Shown here in pieces: positions 9,214 through 18,665 of a stretch of 64,000 nt of DNA. The stretch lies in sequence record PP456877.1; one strand, given 5' to 3'. Below the pieces are notes generated by a model. The model was not told where the DNA came from and made no database searches. It worked only from the letters and a program-made list of their open reading frames with translations. Position numbers and translations under genes: made by a program. Each line of letters opens with the position of its first letter. Positions within the stretch are counted from its first letter, which is position 1.

Positions 9214-9277
9214 TAAGCGCAACTAACCAATCGGCTAGTATCTTACCTATATTATTAGTCTATCAGAAGTATTTTTA

Positions 9278-9985
9278 TTACAGACCAATACGAGTCAAAA
9301 TTTCAGCCCAACCTTTCTCTTTAGCATATCGCAATAGGCTATTTTCAATATGGGTTTCACTATAGACAATAGGTTCATGGCCACCTTGCACATGATACAT
9401 TGTTAATGGTTCCACCACATGTTGACTAGACCAAGCATCGTATAAACGATCATTGATTTTAATCACCACATATACCATCAATTTATCGTCGATGTCAAGA
9501 TCAATACCTGCTACAAATGCATTAACATTGGAACGCACTTGGTCAGCAGTTAGTTGCACTTGCAACCCGCCATGTACTTCAAATTCGATATTACAGATAT
9601 TCTTATTTAACCAAGTATACACTGCCTGATTAGCATATGTCTCAATTGGATCACTACTACGTAAATCTAATAATGGTCCATATGTTTCTAATGATGAGAC
9701 ACTGGTATCAACTAGGTCATTCAATGAGTATTCGGTACTAGAACAACTATCTAAAACACAGATAGTGTTATCCTCGATATGGATAGGTAATACCTTGAAT
9801 ACCACATTAGCAACATTAGGTAATGACGTATCTGGTTCAGAACTATTGAATGGAGTATAAAATAATCGATCAGCCACTTCAGTATCAATAGTTGATACAT
9901 CCATTGGAATGAATCCATTAAGATCTTGTTTGATTACGTCATTGTGTCCAATTCCAGAAAAAGATAAATACATTTTCTCAGACAT
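9278..9985 (-). CDS. hypothetical protein
   Basis: 235 aa ORF. Confidence 0.8.
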   Translation of the reverse strand: MSEKMYLSFSGIGHNDVIKQDLNGFIPMDVSTIDTEVADRLFYTPFNSSEPDTSLPNVANVVFKVLPIHIEDNTICVLDSCSSTEYSLNDLVDTSVSSLETYGPLLDLRSSDPIETYANQAVYTWLNKNICNIEFEVHGGLQVQLTADQVRSNVNAFVAGIDLDIDDKLMVYVVIKINDRLYDAWSSQHVVEPLTMYHVQGGHEPIVYSETHIENSLLRYAKEKGWAEILTRIGL

Positions 9986-9993
9986 ATCCGTAC

Positions 9994-10251
9994 CTATTTA
10001 TTTACACAGATTAGAGTATGTTCTACTTTACTAGTACTAGAAGAAAAATAACGTAATAGAACACCATCACTGATTTTTACAGTCTCTACATTATTACGAA
10101 TAGCACTTGCTTTAGCTAGTTTTTGAATGCGCTCAATCGCGCTAAAACAAGTAGCCATGTCAGAGAACTCAGCGGTTGACTGCGATGCACCATTGGCTTG
10201 ATAACCAGCGATACTGATACTACTAAAAAGAATTGCTAAAGTTGCATTCAT
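9994..10251 (-). CDS. small exported protein
   Basis: N-terminal hydrophobic signal-like segment; two Cys in the mature part. Confidence 0.7.
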   Translation of the reverse strand: MNATLAILFSSISIAGYQANGASQSTAEFSDMATCFSAIERIQKLAKASAIRNNVETVKISDGVLLRYFSSSTSKVEHTLICVNK

Positions 10252-11156
10252 TTCTTACCACCTTTAATAACAGTGAGTTTTGGTGTACCGGTAGGACGAG
10301 AAGGTTTATTAATAATAACCTGCGAATTGGAAGAATTATTGAAATCCTCAACCATCTTATTTACATCATTGTCAAATGAATTAGATGTATTATCACCCGA
10401 GTCCACAGTTGATTCACTAACCACATTTGAAATAGGGTAACTGAGGAGTTCCATCATAAGTACATTGATGTTATCCTGATAGTTTTCATTACGTGTACAA
10501 TTAATAACCCGCTCACACCAATCCATAATTAATTCTGGTGCATTCTGTTTAATTACAGTTACCGCTACTCTAATATGTGCATCTAATTCTGGATTACTAA
10601 ATTCAGTTACTCTGTTAATGGCGCTTTCAATCATCTGATCATGCTCATTCTCAGATGTATTCCTTACAACTAACTTACCATTAGTGGTATCGGCTTTATT
10701 TTTAAAATTAACCTCAGTGACATTACCTACGGTAGTTAATACTGGGTTTTTGTCAACTACATTATTAACAGTTCCTTCTAATGTTGCACGAATAGTATCT
10801 GCATTGAGATATCTATCTACTAGTGGCATTTCAAAGAATGCGTTAGAATTATCATCAATAGGTGTAACTACACCCAATACTGCATAAAGAGGAAGTTTAA
10901 TACTGACCCCAACTCCATTTACTGTTACATTGAAAGAGATATATTCGTCACTGATATAAAAATTCTTTGCACAGCGTGGATGGATATTGAAAGTGATAGT
11001 GTGATCTTCTTTCGCATGCTTTAGAGCTACCTCAGATAAATCAGGTACTAATTGAGTATGTGCTACAATTAGAATATCTCTGAAGTTATTCTCAAGAAAC
11101 CAATCATAGGTAGCTCGAAGAATATGGCCAGTGAGTAATGATTTTACCTTTAGCAT
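10248..11156 (-). CDS. sspB: SspB-like ClpXP protease adaptor
   Basis: ILRATYDWFLEN, ITFNIHPRCAKNF, ISFNVTVNG, LPLYAVLGV match E. coli SspB YLLRAFYEWLLDN, IVLNIAPRAVGNL, VRFNARFGG, VPLAAVLAI; C-terminal PKLTVIK resembles PALRVVK. Confidence 0.8.
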   Translation of the reverse strand: MLKVKSLLTGHILRATYDWFLENNFRDILIVAHTQLVPDLSEVALKHAKEDHTITFNIHPRCAKNFYISDEYISFNVTVNGVGVSIKLPLYAVLGVVTPIDDNSNAFFEMPLVDRYLNADTIRATLEGTVNNVVDKNPVLTTVGNVTEVNFKNKADTTNGKLVVRNTSENEHDQMIESAINRVTEFSNPELDAHIRVAVTVIKQNAPELIMDWCERVINCTRNENYQDNINVLMMELLSYPISNVVSESTVDSGDNTSNSFDNDVNKMVEDFNNSSNSQVIINKPSRPTGTPKLTVIKGGKK

Positions 11157-11178
11157 ATTTGTATTACCTTTAAATAAA

Positions 11179-11646
11179 TTATAGGAAGATATCTTCTACT
11201 GAGGGCACTATATTCTTTTCTTTTACAAGTTCAGTAGATTTGGTATAATGTGCATTAAATAGTTTCTTTAAATCTGCTTTTTCATATTTTACAGTATCTG
11301 CTAATTTCCAAATAGTAAGACCTAGATGAATACTAACTGAATTAACATGTTTTACGCATAGATCAATTAATTTGTTAAACTCTTCTAATTCATTTTTAAT
11401 CAACGTTGCATCTAAAGCTTGGTGCAAACGATTAGATAATTTAACTTTATCTTTGTCAATTGTAAAGTTATTTTCAATATCCTTAGCACTCATCGGTGGT
11501 TCAACTTTATACCACACATTGGTTAGTTTACCGTCCACACGCGTCGTGATGGGATGTTTATAATCAGTCCAACTTCTATGTAGATTATGTTTATCATCAA
11601 GAACATCTACAGTAACTTTCTCATTACCTGTAAAGAATGGATACAT
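11179..11646 (-). CDS. hypothetical protein
   Basis: 155 aa ORF. Confidence 0.8.
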   Translation of the reverse strand: MYPFFTGNEKVTVDVLDDKHNLHRSWTDYKHPITTRVDGKLTNVWYKVEPPMSAKDIENNFTIDKDKVKLSNRLHQALDATLIKNELEEFNKLIDLCVKHVNSVSIHLGLTIWKLADTVKYEKADLKKLFNAHYTKSTELVKEKNIVPSVEDIFL

Positions 11647-11819
11647 TAGGTTGCCTTTATTTTATCAATGAGTAATTTTAATAGTTCATCATTAGTTAAA
11701 TTGTCTTTATTTTTAATAATGTCTTTTAGTTTAAACATATTGAAAGTATACCACAACCACTTATGAATTATATAACAAATCACTATAACTAATAATAGTA
11801 GTGAATGTAATGCTAGCAT
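11646..11819 (-). CDS. 57 aa membrane protein (not in ORF track)
   Basis: MLALHSLLLLVIVICYIIHKWLW...; TAATG overlap with the next gene; first ORF after promoter 11856. Confidence 0.7.
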   Translation of the reverse strand: MLALHSLLLLVIVICYIIHKWLWYTFNMFKLKDIIKNKDNLTNDELLKLLIDKIKAT

Positions 11820-11855
11820 TATAACTACCTATTTTGATATGACTTGACCAAATAT

Positions 11856-11863
11856 GTAATATA
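11856..11863 (-). promoter_or_regulatory. early promoter core TATATTAC
   Basis: exact motif within cassette. Confidence 0.75.
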
Positions 11864-11890
11864 GATTTCAAAAAAAATTTAATGCAATAA

Positions 11891-11912
11891 AGGAGAGCTA
11901 AATAGCTCTCCT
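11891..11912 (-). terminator. intrinsic terminator
   Basis: aggagagcta-aa-tagctctcct. Confidence 0.8.
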
Positions 11913-11920
11913 ATTTATGC

Positions 11921-12211
11921 TTATTTATTTTTCTTTCTTGACTTATCTTTAATAACTAAGTCTAATGCTTCAAACATTTTAACAGCAGTTAAATGGTCGA
12001 TAGAGTATGCCTTTTTACGTAAACGTCCAATAGCTACTGTATACTGGTATTCAGATAAACCATCACTCATATTGTCAATAATTGATAGTGCTTCTTTATA
12101 AAGCCTGTTACACTTTATCGTGTGTTTGATGGCATAATAACCCCAGTTAATTAAAGCCATCATTATAATCAGAAACAAAATACCTATAATTACTGTCATG
12201 ATATCATTCAT
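11921..12211 (-). CDS. single-pass membrane protein (paralog A)
   Basis: N-terminal TM VIIGILFLIIMMALINW. Confidence 0.8.
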   Translation of the reverse strand: MNDIMTVIIGILFLIIMMALINWGYYAIKHTIKCNRLYKEALSIIDNMSDGLSEYQYTVAIGRLRKKAYSIDHLTAVKMFEALDLVIKDKSRKKNK

Positions 12212-12521
12212 TTGCTGTTTCCCTATTATTACATTTTAATATAATCAATGAGTTGATATCGTAAATAAAAGATGTAAAAATATGTTGATTTGTTATTTTA
12301 GATGATTCTTTATCTATAATGTCTTGGACAGCATTTTGATAGAAAAAATAACTTATGCCATTGGGCATTTTATCTAATACATATCTAACCTTATAAACAC
12401 CCATCCAGTGAATATAATGATTTTTTATATTAATAATGAAAGTTACACATGTTGATATAGCCGTTAGTGTTATCATTGATATAACAAATACTTTATACAT
12501 TTGCAACCCACAGATTCTCAT
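12204..12521 (-). CDS. single-pass membrane protein (paralog B)
   Basis: TM VFVISMITLTAISTCVTFII; shares YK..(I/V)(I/L)D.M..G(L/I)S...Y..A with paralog A. Confidence 0.75.
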   Translation of the reverse strand: MRICGLQMYKVFVISMITLTAISTCVTFIINIKNHYIHWMGVYKVRYVLDKMPNGISYFFYQNAVQDIIDKESSKITNQHIFTSFIYDINSLIILKCNNRETANE

Positions 12522-12534
12522 CTAGATGAAATAA

Positions 12535-12554
12535 ACCAGCCCCGAAGGGCTGGT
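12535..12554 (-). terminator. intrinsic terminator, cUUCGg loop
   Basis: accagccc-cgaa-gggctggt. Confidence 0.85.
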
Positions 12555-12556
12555 AT

Positions 12557-12925
12557 TTATTTTACAACCACAGCTTTACCGTAGTTGTTATCCATACAGG
12601 TTTTAAATGATGTAACGTATGCATCACGTGGGCTTTGTCTACGTGAATACACAACGTGCACCTCTTTAATTGCTGCTGGGAGAACATTGTAAAGAACGTT
12701 ATCTTTGTTCTTCACGCCGTACCCTTTTAGGGATCGTAGGTTTTCTTCCCATTGTAAAATGGGTGTTTTACGCTGACGTGCTTCTGCTGTGGCATGTGCT
12801 ATAAGTGCAACACCATTACAGTAATTCTCGTCAACTACCAACGATGCAGCTAGTGGGTTTGATACGTATAACAACGTACTTAATACGGCCACTAACTTCA
12901 TTACGTGTGTTAAACATTGCATCAC
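12557..12925 (-). CDS. exported protein with signal peptide
   Basis: MKLVAVLSTLLYVSNPLAA signal-like segment; Cys pair. Confidence 0.75.
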   Translation of the reverse strand: MMQCLTHVMKLVAVLSTLLYVSNPLAASLVVDENYCNGVALIAHATAEARQRKTPILQWEENLRSLKGYGVKNKDNVLYNVLPAAIKEVHVVYSRRQSPRDAYVTSFKTCMDNNYGKAVVVK

Positions 12926-12978
12926 GTTGTACCTAGGTTGCTAAGATCAGAATATAAAGCTACTAAAATAGCCTTAAA

Positions 12979-13578
12979 TCATTCTACAACCTTAACGTTA
13001 CCATCTTCAATAACTAGATCTTTACCTACAACATCGGCAAGATCTAACTTATCTTTTACTTCCAGTTTCTTGATACTGTGTACAAAACGGAATACAGATA
13101 GACGAAGAATTAGTTCTTCTGGTACATCAACAACATCAATAAAGTATTCTGATGGGTTGATATCACAATTGACATATTCCCAACTTTGTCTTAGTTCAGT
13201 TTCATTCTCAGTTACTTGTGCATCAAGAACTTCTTCAAAGTTAATATTGGCAATATTAGTATCATTATCATTCAGATAAGTAAATTGAAGACTAGCATTA
13301 TTAATGAATTCTTCTTCAACTACAGTTAGTGCACGTTGAGCGTGAATGGGCAGATGATATCGAATACACCCATTAATAATAACCTCATTTGCCTTTTCAA
13401 TATAACGTTCTTCTTTGAATTTTACATTAGATACGACGTAATCTAGGATTGCCTTGTAATATTCTTTATGATCTGGGTGGCTCTTTTCAATCCACTGTCG
13501 GCTACTTACGCTAATTTTTTTCTCGGCTAGAAAATCTCGGAATTTAGCACGATCGATATAAGCGGTACGTTTTTTCAT
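12979..13578 (-). CDS. hypothetical protein
   Basis: 199 aa ORF. Confidence 0.8.
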   Translation of the reverse strand: MKKRTAYIDRAKFRDFLAEKKISVSSRQWIEKSHPDHKEYYKAILDYVVSNVKFKEERYIEKANEVIINGCIRYHLPIHAQRALTVVEEEFINNASLQFTYLNDNDTNIANINFEEVLDAQVTENETELRQSWEYVNCDINPSEYFIDVVDVPEELILRLSVFRFVHSIKKLEVKDKLDLADVVGKDLVIEDGNVKVVE

Positions 13579-13590
13579 CAGTAGTTCCTA

Positions 13591-14106
13591 TTATTTAACA
13601 TTTCTAGGTGTTAGTTCGATATGTGAACAGATCACATAAGATGCACATGCCAGTACATCTAAACCATAATACTCATCATAATGGAAATATCCTCTGAGAT
13701 TACCTTGTTTAGTAAAGGTGTATTCATCAGCTAAATCTAACTCGTTACTTGTCTCTAGCACATTGATTAATTTATCATATTCAACTTTTAGTGCTATATC
13801 AGTACAGATTATTTGCTTGATATATTTATCAGAGTTTGGATCATTTTTATAATCTAAAGTATCAGTTAATACAGTGGTTAATGCTAGAATAACATAGTCA
13901 TGGTAACTTTCCGGTTGTTTAATCTCACCTTCAGGTATTTCAATCCATTCCCAACCATGTCGTAATATATTTAGCATTACATGCCACTTACTGGTTTCAT
14001 TACTAACCACAGCTATTGGTGAATCATTATAAGGTTTATACAAACCTGTTGTTTTTAAAAGATCTTTTTTAATAGCAGCTATATATAACGGGCGGTTTTC
14101 TGACAT
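13591..14106 (-). CDS. hypothetical protein
   Basis: 171 aa ORF. Confidence 0.8.
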   Translation of the reverse strand: MSENRPLYIAAIKKDLLKTTGLYKPYNDSPIAVVSNETSKWHVMLNILRHGWEWIEIPEGEIKQPESYHDYVILALTTVLTDTLDYKNDPNSDKYIKQIICTDIALKVEYDKLINVLETSNELDLADEYTFTKQGNLRGYFHYDEYYGLDVLACASYVICSHIELTPRNVK

Positions 14107-14115
14107 TTTTATAAC

Positions 14116-14445
14116 TCACATATATTTCAAATGTTTGCCAATTGGTCTGTTAGGGTTATACATATAACCACGACCTGCTGCCGCCCTAATTACTAATTTC
14201 TGCATATCTGTTAATTTTCTATAATTATCACCAATTAATTTAAGTATAATACTTTCTATAGAATCATTAGTTAATTCAGAAGGATCTGTTACTTTGAAAT
14301 AATTATATACTAATTCTCTTTTAACTAGAAAATCAACTCTTCGTTTTTCTTTAATTCGTTTATAACGTTGCGATACATGGATAAATGAAAATAAAACAAC
14401 TATCCAGAATAAGGTCAAAAGTAGGTACTCATCAACTACATTCAT
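14116..14445 (-). CDS. single-pass membrane protein
   Basis: TM YLLLTLFWIVVLFSFIHV followed by a basic stretch. Confidence 0.8.
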   Translation of the reverse strand: MNVVDEYLLLTLFWIVVLFSFIHVSQRYKRIKEKRRVDFLVKRELVYNYFKVTDPSELTNDSIESIILKLIGDNYRKLTDMQKLVIRAAAGRGYMYNPNRPIGKHLKYM

Positions 14446-14447
14446 TT

Positions 14448-14771
14448 TTAATCCCTATCTTTTTTTTTCAAATTATCTTGTAACTCAACTAGTGTTCTGT
14501 TTAATAAACTAATTTGTTTCTGTTGTTCACATACAAGTTCACTTAACGTATTAATCTGTGCCTGTAGTTCTTTAGTATTAGTATCAATAACATCAAGAAT
14601 ATATTCTTTATTTTTCTTAGGCATTCTTTGCTTCCTCAACGTTAATTCACCAAACGGCAGAAAAGATGACTGGGCAGCCAACACTCTTTTAGAATGTCTT
14701 TTGCCCAGTCTTTTAAATGTCTTACGAAGTTTAATTGGTATAAGCATTAAATAATATCTCTTGATGCCCAT
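14448..14771 (-). CDS. basic coiled-coil hypothetical protein
   Basis: 107 aa, heptad-like C-terminus. Confidence 0.7.
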   Translation of the reverse strand: MGIKRYYLMLIPIKLRKTFKRLGKRHSKRVLAAQSSFLPFGELTLRKQRMPKKNKEYILDVIDTNTKELQAQINTLSELVCEQQKQISLLNRTLVELQDNLKKKDRD

Positions 14772-15181
14772 GTACCATCTACAGAGTCATTTACAAATGG
14801 TGCACGGTCACCAGGTATTACTTGAGCCCATAAATCCACTTCAAGTAATATCCGACGACATGCATAAAAAGGCTCTACTTCTACCCTGTATGAATTATCT
14901 TTAGGATCAATATACACAGTAGCAACTAGCTTAGGCTGGGCTCTTCGCCATTTATCCCATACTTTAAGAATTACTTCGCCTTCCATTCTGGCTATACGTG
15001 GAGTTATCTTTACCTCACTAATGATTAGCCCATCTGGACCTACCACTCGTTTAGGGGATAGCCATTTATGATAACCAATATCATTAATCCCATTCTTTGA
15101 AAATACCGAGTCTTCAAGATATCCTCTCACACCAGGGTATAACGGAACCATTGTAAGCATATGACACCTATAGTGATCCAT
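14747..15181 (-). CDS. hypothetical protein
   Basis: 144 aa ORF. Confidence 0.75.
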   Translation of the reverse strand: MDHYRCHMLTMVPLYPGVRGYLEDSVFSKNGINDIGYHKWLSPKRVVGPDGLIISEVKITPRIARMEGEVILKVWDKWRRAQPKLVATVYIDPKDNSYRVEVEPFYACRRILLEVDLWAQVIPGDRAPFVNDSVDGTWASRDII

Positions 15182-15566
15182 TGGATGCCCATAAAACTGA
15201 ATAAGGATTTTGAGTTAATTGGAATCTAATTGCAAAGTTTTCGATTTCCCAAAAACGATCAGTCTTATTCCACTCTAATTCCTTTTTCGCCAGATCAACA
15301 TTAATTGTTGATATAATACGATTACGCTCTTCTTCAAATACAGTAAACCTGACGATTGCTGGAAATAAGCAATCTCTTTCTTTATAAAAGTTTAGAGTAT
15401 TCTTATCGATATAACCTGGTCCTGGAATAATTTCAAGGATATTAAAATCAGTCCATCCTAAGTCTGGTGTACCTAGATCAGGTAAATGTTTTAAAACCCC
15501 ATTGCGTATAAAGGGTTTTCCATATTCTAGTGTGACCTCATGAAAAGAAGAACCATAGATTTTCAT
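15168..15566 (-). CDS. hypothetical protein
   Basis: 132 aa ORF. Confidence 0.75.
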   Translation of the reverse strand: MKIYGSSFHEVTLEYGKPFIRNGVLKHLPDLGTPDLGWTDFNILEIIPGPGYIDKNTLNFYKERDCLFPAIVRFTVFEEERNRIISTINVDLAKKELEWNKTDRFWEIENFAIRFQLTQNPYSVLWASNGSL

Positions 15567-15726
15567 ACAACCACCGTGCGTTTTAATTCATAGGGTTAGT
15601 ATGTTTAGTACCGTTTGAATTTTATTTCATTACAGATGATCGCTTTGTTATATTTGGTGTTTGAATATTTTAGACTAGTTTCAATAAATGCTTTCTTTTT
15701 CATATATACACTTACGCAAAATAAAT

Positions 15727-15749
15727 AGGGACTCTCATTAAGAGTCCCT
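15727..15749 (-). terminator. intrinsic terminator
   Basis: agggactct-catta-agagtccct; ATTTATTTT follows on -. Confidence 0.8.
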
Positions 15750-15754
15750 TAATA

Positions 15755-16087
15755 TTAAACGAATAATAACTCCAGTACTAATACTGGAAATTTATGCCGA
15801 TATTGTGGATGTACATACGTATGAAATTTATGTGTGCCTAAATGGAATTCAACGTACAGTACAATAAAATCTTTAGCTACATTTCGATCATGTACGTAAA
15901 TAGTGAGTATTTCACCATCATCATCTTTCTTACGTCCATAATCAAAATAGTAATTTTTGTTATCAGCTATCCCTTCAGCATTTAATTGAATGCCCCTTAC
16001 ATCAACAACATTTAAACTAGAATCTTCATTAAATAAAGATCTAGTGCTACCATGGTAAACCATTAATGGATCTAATTGAATCTGCAT
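15755..16087 (-). CDS. hypothetical protein
   Basis: 110 aa, GAGG SD. Confidence 0.8.
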   Translation of the reverse strand: MQIQLDPLMVYHGSTRSLFNEDSSLNVVDVRGIQLNAEGIADNKNYYFDYGRKKDDDGEILTIYVHDRNVAKDFIVLYVEFHLGTHKFHTYVHPQYRHKFPVLVLELLFV

Positions 16088-16155
16088 GTGTTAGTCCTCT
16101 ACTATGTAGTGAGGCACATGCCTCACTTATATTGTTTTAATTTTCATATTAATGA

Positions 16156-16503
16156 TCAATTAAAGTTAACAGTGCTATAAGCTTTGCCTAAAGCTGTAAA
16201 TAGTTCTTCATTAAGTTCATCAAATTCTAACCAACCATTCATTTCACCTAAGATAGTTTTAACAATCGTAAGATTAACAATCTCAGAGCTAGGAATGATA
16301 TCTCGAATTCGCTCATGGAAATTAACTACTTGTTGAATACTTACTTTAGTATCATTGACTGAGATATCATCATCAGTTAACTTATTAATAGCCATCATTG
16401 CTATACGTGAGAATAGATCAGTATGTTCTTCCTTAACAATTTCCCATGCTGCATTAAAGGAGTCAAGAACATCTAGATCATCAGAATTTAGTTGCTTTTG
16501 CAT
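16156..16503 (-). CDS. hypothetical acidic protein
   Basis: 115 aa, GAGG SD. Confidence 0.8.
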   Translation of the reverse strand: MQKQLNSDDLDVLDSFNAAWEIVKEEHTDLFSRIAMMAINKLTDDDISVNDTKVSIQQVVNFHERIRDIIPSSEIVNLTIVKTILGEMNGWLEFDELNEELFTALGKAYSTVNFN

Positions 16504-16605
16504 TTTAACCTCTTAAACATTATAACACATATACCCCACAACATAAGTCATGGAGTATATGCCTCGAAAGGTACGTAATAGAAATACTACTACATAGTAT
16601 TGTAT

Positions 16606-17076
16606 TTACTCATTAATAACAGATACTTTGTTATTCTCAGCTTTATTTTTAGCCGATAGGGCTAAATAGAGACAACTATACCAAGTGAAGTAGTCTCTTG
16701 GGAAATAACCCTTTAAAAAAGTAGCCATATTTTTAGCACACGCTTTATTAATATTCTTATTAATGATTTTCCTCTCATTCATTATTTTACAAGCTAACAA
16801 TGAATAATGTAGTTGATTATTAGTACTTAGGTCTTCAAGGAATAGTTCTTTCACTGCTTGTGGCTTAGAACTTAGACACATTATAATTTCTTGAACAATA
16901 TAGTCATTCGTCACTGAATGAATGAGTTCAAGATAGAGTGAAAGATTAATCGAATACAGATCTTGTTTATTATTGAAAATGTATCCATTTCTATCTAATG
17001 TAACTAATTTCTTATATGTGGGAGACATCTTTTCATTAACTATTTTATAAAAAAGACTAATCACTAATTTAATCAT
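16606..17076 (-). CDS. hypothetical protein
   Basis: 156 aa ORF. Confidence 0.75.
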   Translation of the reverse strand: MIKLVISLFYKIVNEKMSPTYKKLVTLDRNGYIFNNKQDLYSINLSLYLELIHSVTNDYIVQEIIMCLSSKPQAVKELFLEDLSTNNQLHYSLLACKIMNERKIINKNINKACAKNMATFLKGYFPRDYFTWYSCLYLALSAKNKAENNKVSVINE

Positions 17077-18206
17077 TTTAATAAACTTCCATCTACTCTA
17101 TAAAAACCATGGACATCACGTTTACCATTTAGACTAGGTATCTCATATGGATCAGTTGATGGATTTATCAGTTTGATTTTGCATTTATCTAAACGATCAC
17201 GCAAGCTGATATTACCAGATAATGTTAAACCACGATACTGAATATCGATATTATCTAAATCAACAATGAGCGTACTAAGCTCCCCATTTGTTAAGTATGG
17301 TACTACAACCGAGTCAATTACTTTTGCAATTGTCTTAGCTTCAATATGTATCCAGTTTCCAATATGATTAGCAATCTCTGGAAACTTATCTAGATCTAAT
17401 ATGATACTATAGTCACACCTAATTTTGATAATTCCATTACTTGACCAATAATGCATTGCACTATTTATACCACCTAAATGATTCTCCATAGGTGTGAACT
17501 TTAGCCGTCCATTGAAATCTATAAGCACTTTTGAGTTATTACATGTATCAACTATTCTTGACTGATACATAAACATATTAAGTAGTTTTCTATTGATGGC
17601 CACAGTTGTACCATTAGTTAGTTCAACTACGACGATATCACCATCTGCTTCATAAGACTCTACAATTAGAGTTATTGGGTTACTATCAAATTTGGAATTA
17701 TTAGATAACCCACCCATCACAATCTTGTAATTACTATTAACTGATTTAACTTGATCTATTAAAGATGGATCAATGAAATCCTTAGTGAGTGGTTTTGATG
17801 TGAAAATTACAGCCACATTTAGATCACTATTGATTGGTGTATTTACAGGTATGTATTGTTCATTAGAGAAATAGAATAATTTAAGATCTTCTATATCAGT
17901 TAGATTAATAATATCTAATGAATTATTAGTTACTTTATACATGAATGAATCAAAATTTTGTTCAACAAAATAAATCATCCATGTCTTAGTTTCTTTGGTA
18001 TAATAACCCCATACTAAACTTCGATCATGTAATTTCCCAGATAGCATTCCTGTGAAATAACCTGACAGAATATCAATTTGATCAACATCTACATTTTCTC
18101 TGATGTATTTATCATTTAGATTAGCTATCTTTTGTTCTAATGTATCTACCTTTTTTGGTTTGTTAAAAATATCAATAACATTTTTTAAGTACTTAAACAT
18201 AATCAT
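17073..18206 (-). CDS. hypothetical protein
   Basis: 377 aa ORF. Confidence 0.85.
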   Translation of the reverse strand: MIMFKYLKNVIDIFNKPKKVDTLEQKIANLNDKYIRENVDVDQIDILSGYFTGMLSGKLHDRSLVWGYYTKETKTWMIYFVEQNFDSFMYKVTNNSLDIINLTDIEDLKLFYFSNEQYIPVNTPINSDLNVAVIFTSKPLTKDFIDPSLIDQVKSVNSNYKIVMGGLSNNSKFDSNPITLIVESYEADGDIVVVELTNGTTVAINRKLLNMFMYQSRIVDTCNNSKVLIDFNGRLKFTPMENHLGGINSAMHYWSSNGIIKIRCDYSIILDLDKFPEIANHIGNWIHIEAKTIAKVIDSVVVPYLTNGELSTLIVDLDNIDIQYRGLTLSGNISLRDRLDKCKIKLINPSTDPYEIPSLNGKRDVHGFYRVDGSLLK

Positions 18207-18255
18207 AAATTACCTTTTGAGTATAAACACGGAATAAAAGCGGTGTACACACCGC

Positions 18256-18555
18256 TTATTGTTCAAATTTGATTTTGATATATCCACCACCAACATTAGG
18301 CTGCTTAGGTCTTAGCCATCCTAGATTAAGATCCATATTCAAAACAAACGTATATGCTGTTACTCCATTTTCATCATCAACACTAATGGAGTGCCATCCA
18401 TCATGATTTTGATCTTTAAGAGAATGGATTTTGGGATATAGTTGATTATGATTCAAATCAAATACTGTAACATCTCCAATTGATCTAATTGGATAACCGC
18501 GAGATCCTAAATGATGGGCTCCTCTGCGGTCCAGTGAAATAATAGCTTCGTTCAC
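18256..18555 (-). CDS. hypothetical protein (GTG start)
   Basis: 99 aa, GAGGT SD. Confidence 0.75.
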   Translation of the reverse strand: MNEAIISLDRRGAHHLGSRGYPIRSIGDVTVFDLNHNQLYPKIHSLKDQNHDGWHSISVDDENGVTAYTFVLNMDLNLGWLRPKQPNVGGGYIKIKFEQ

Positions 18556-18599
18556 GATAATTACCTCATGTAGATGTTTCCATTAGTATATGCTAATCT

Positions 18600-18607
18600 A
18601 TAATGTA
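18600..18607 (-). promoter_or_regulatory. variant early promoter core (TACATTAT)
   Basis: occupies the exact TATATTAC position next to the second 45-bp repeat copy. Confidence 0.45.
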
Positions 18608-18608
18608 G

Positions 18609-18653
18609 ATCTCAAATAAAATTTAGTGCAATAGCCCTCCCCGAAGGGAGGGC
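18609..18653. repeat. 45-bp direct repeat copy 2, includes terminator 18634-18653
   Basis: identical to 3444-3488. Confidence 0.95.
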
Positions 18654-18665
18654 TTTATGACAACA

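Noticed and set aside
15605-15703. 32 aa ORF MKKKAFIETSLK
   Set aside because: No convincing SD and too short to support without expression data
16108-16127. Perfect hairpin agtgaggca-ca-tgcctcact as a terminator
   Set aside because: No U-tract on the sense strand and a 2-nt loop; function unsupported
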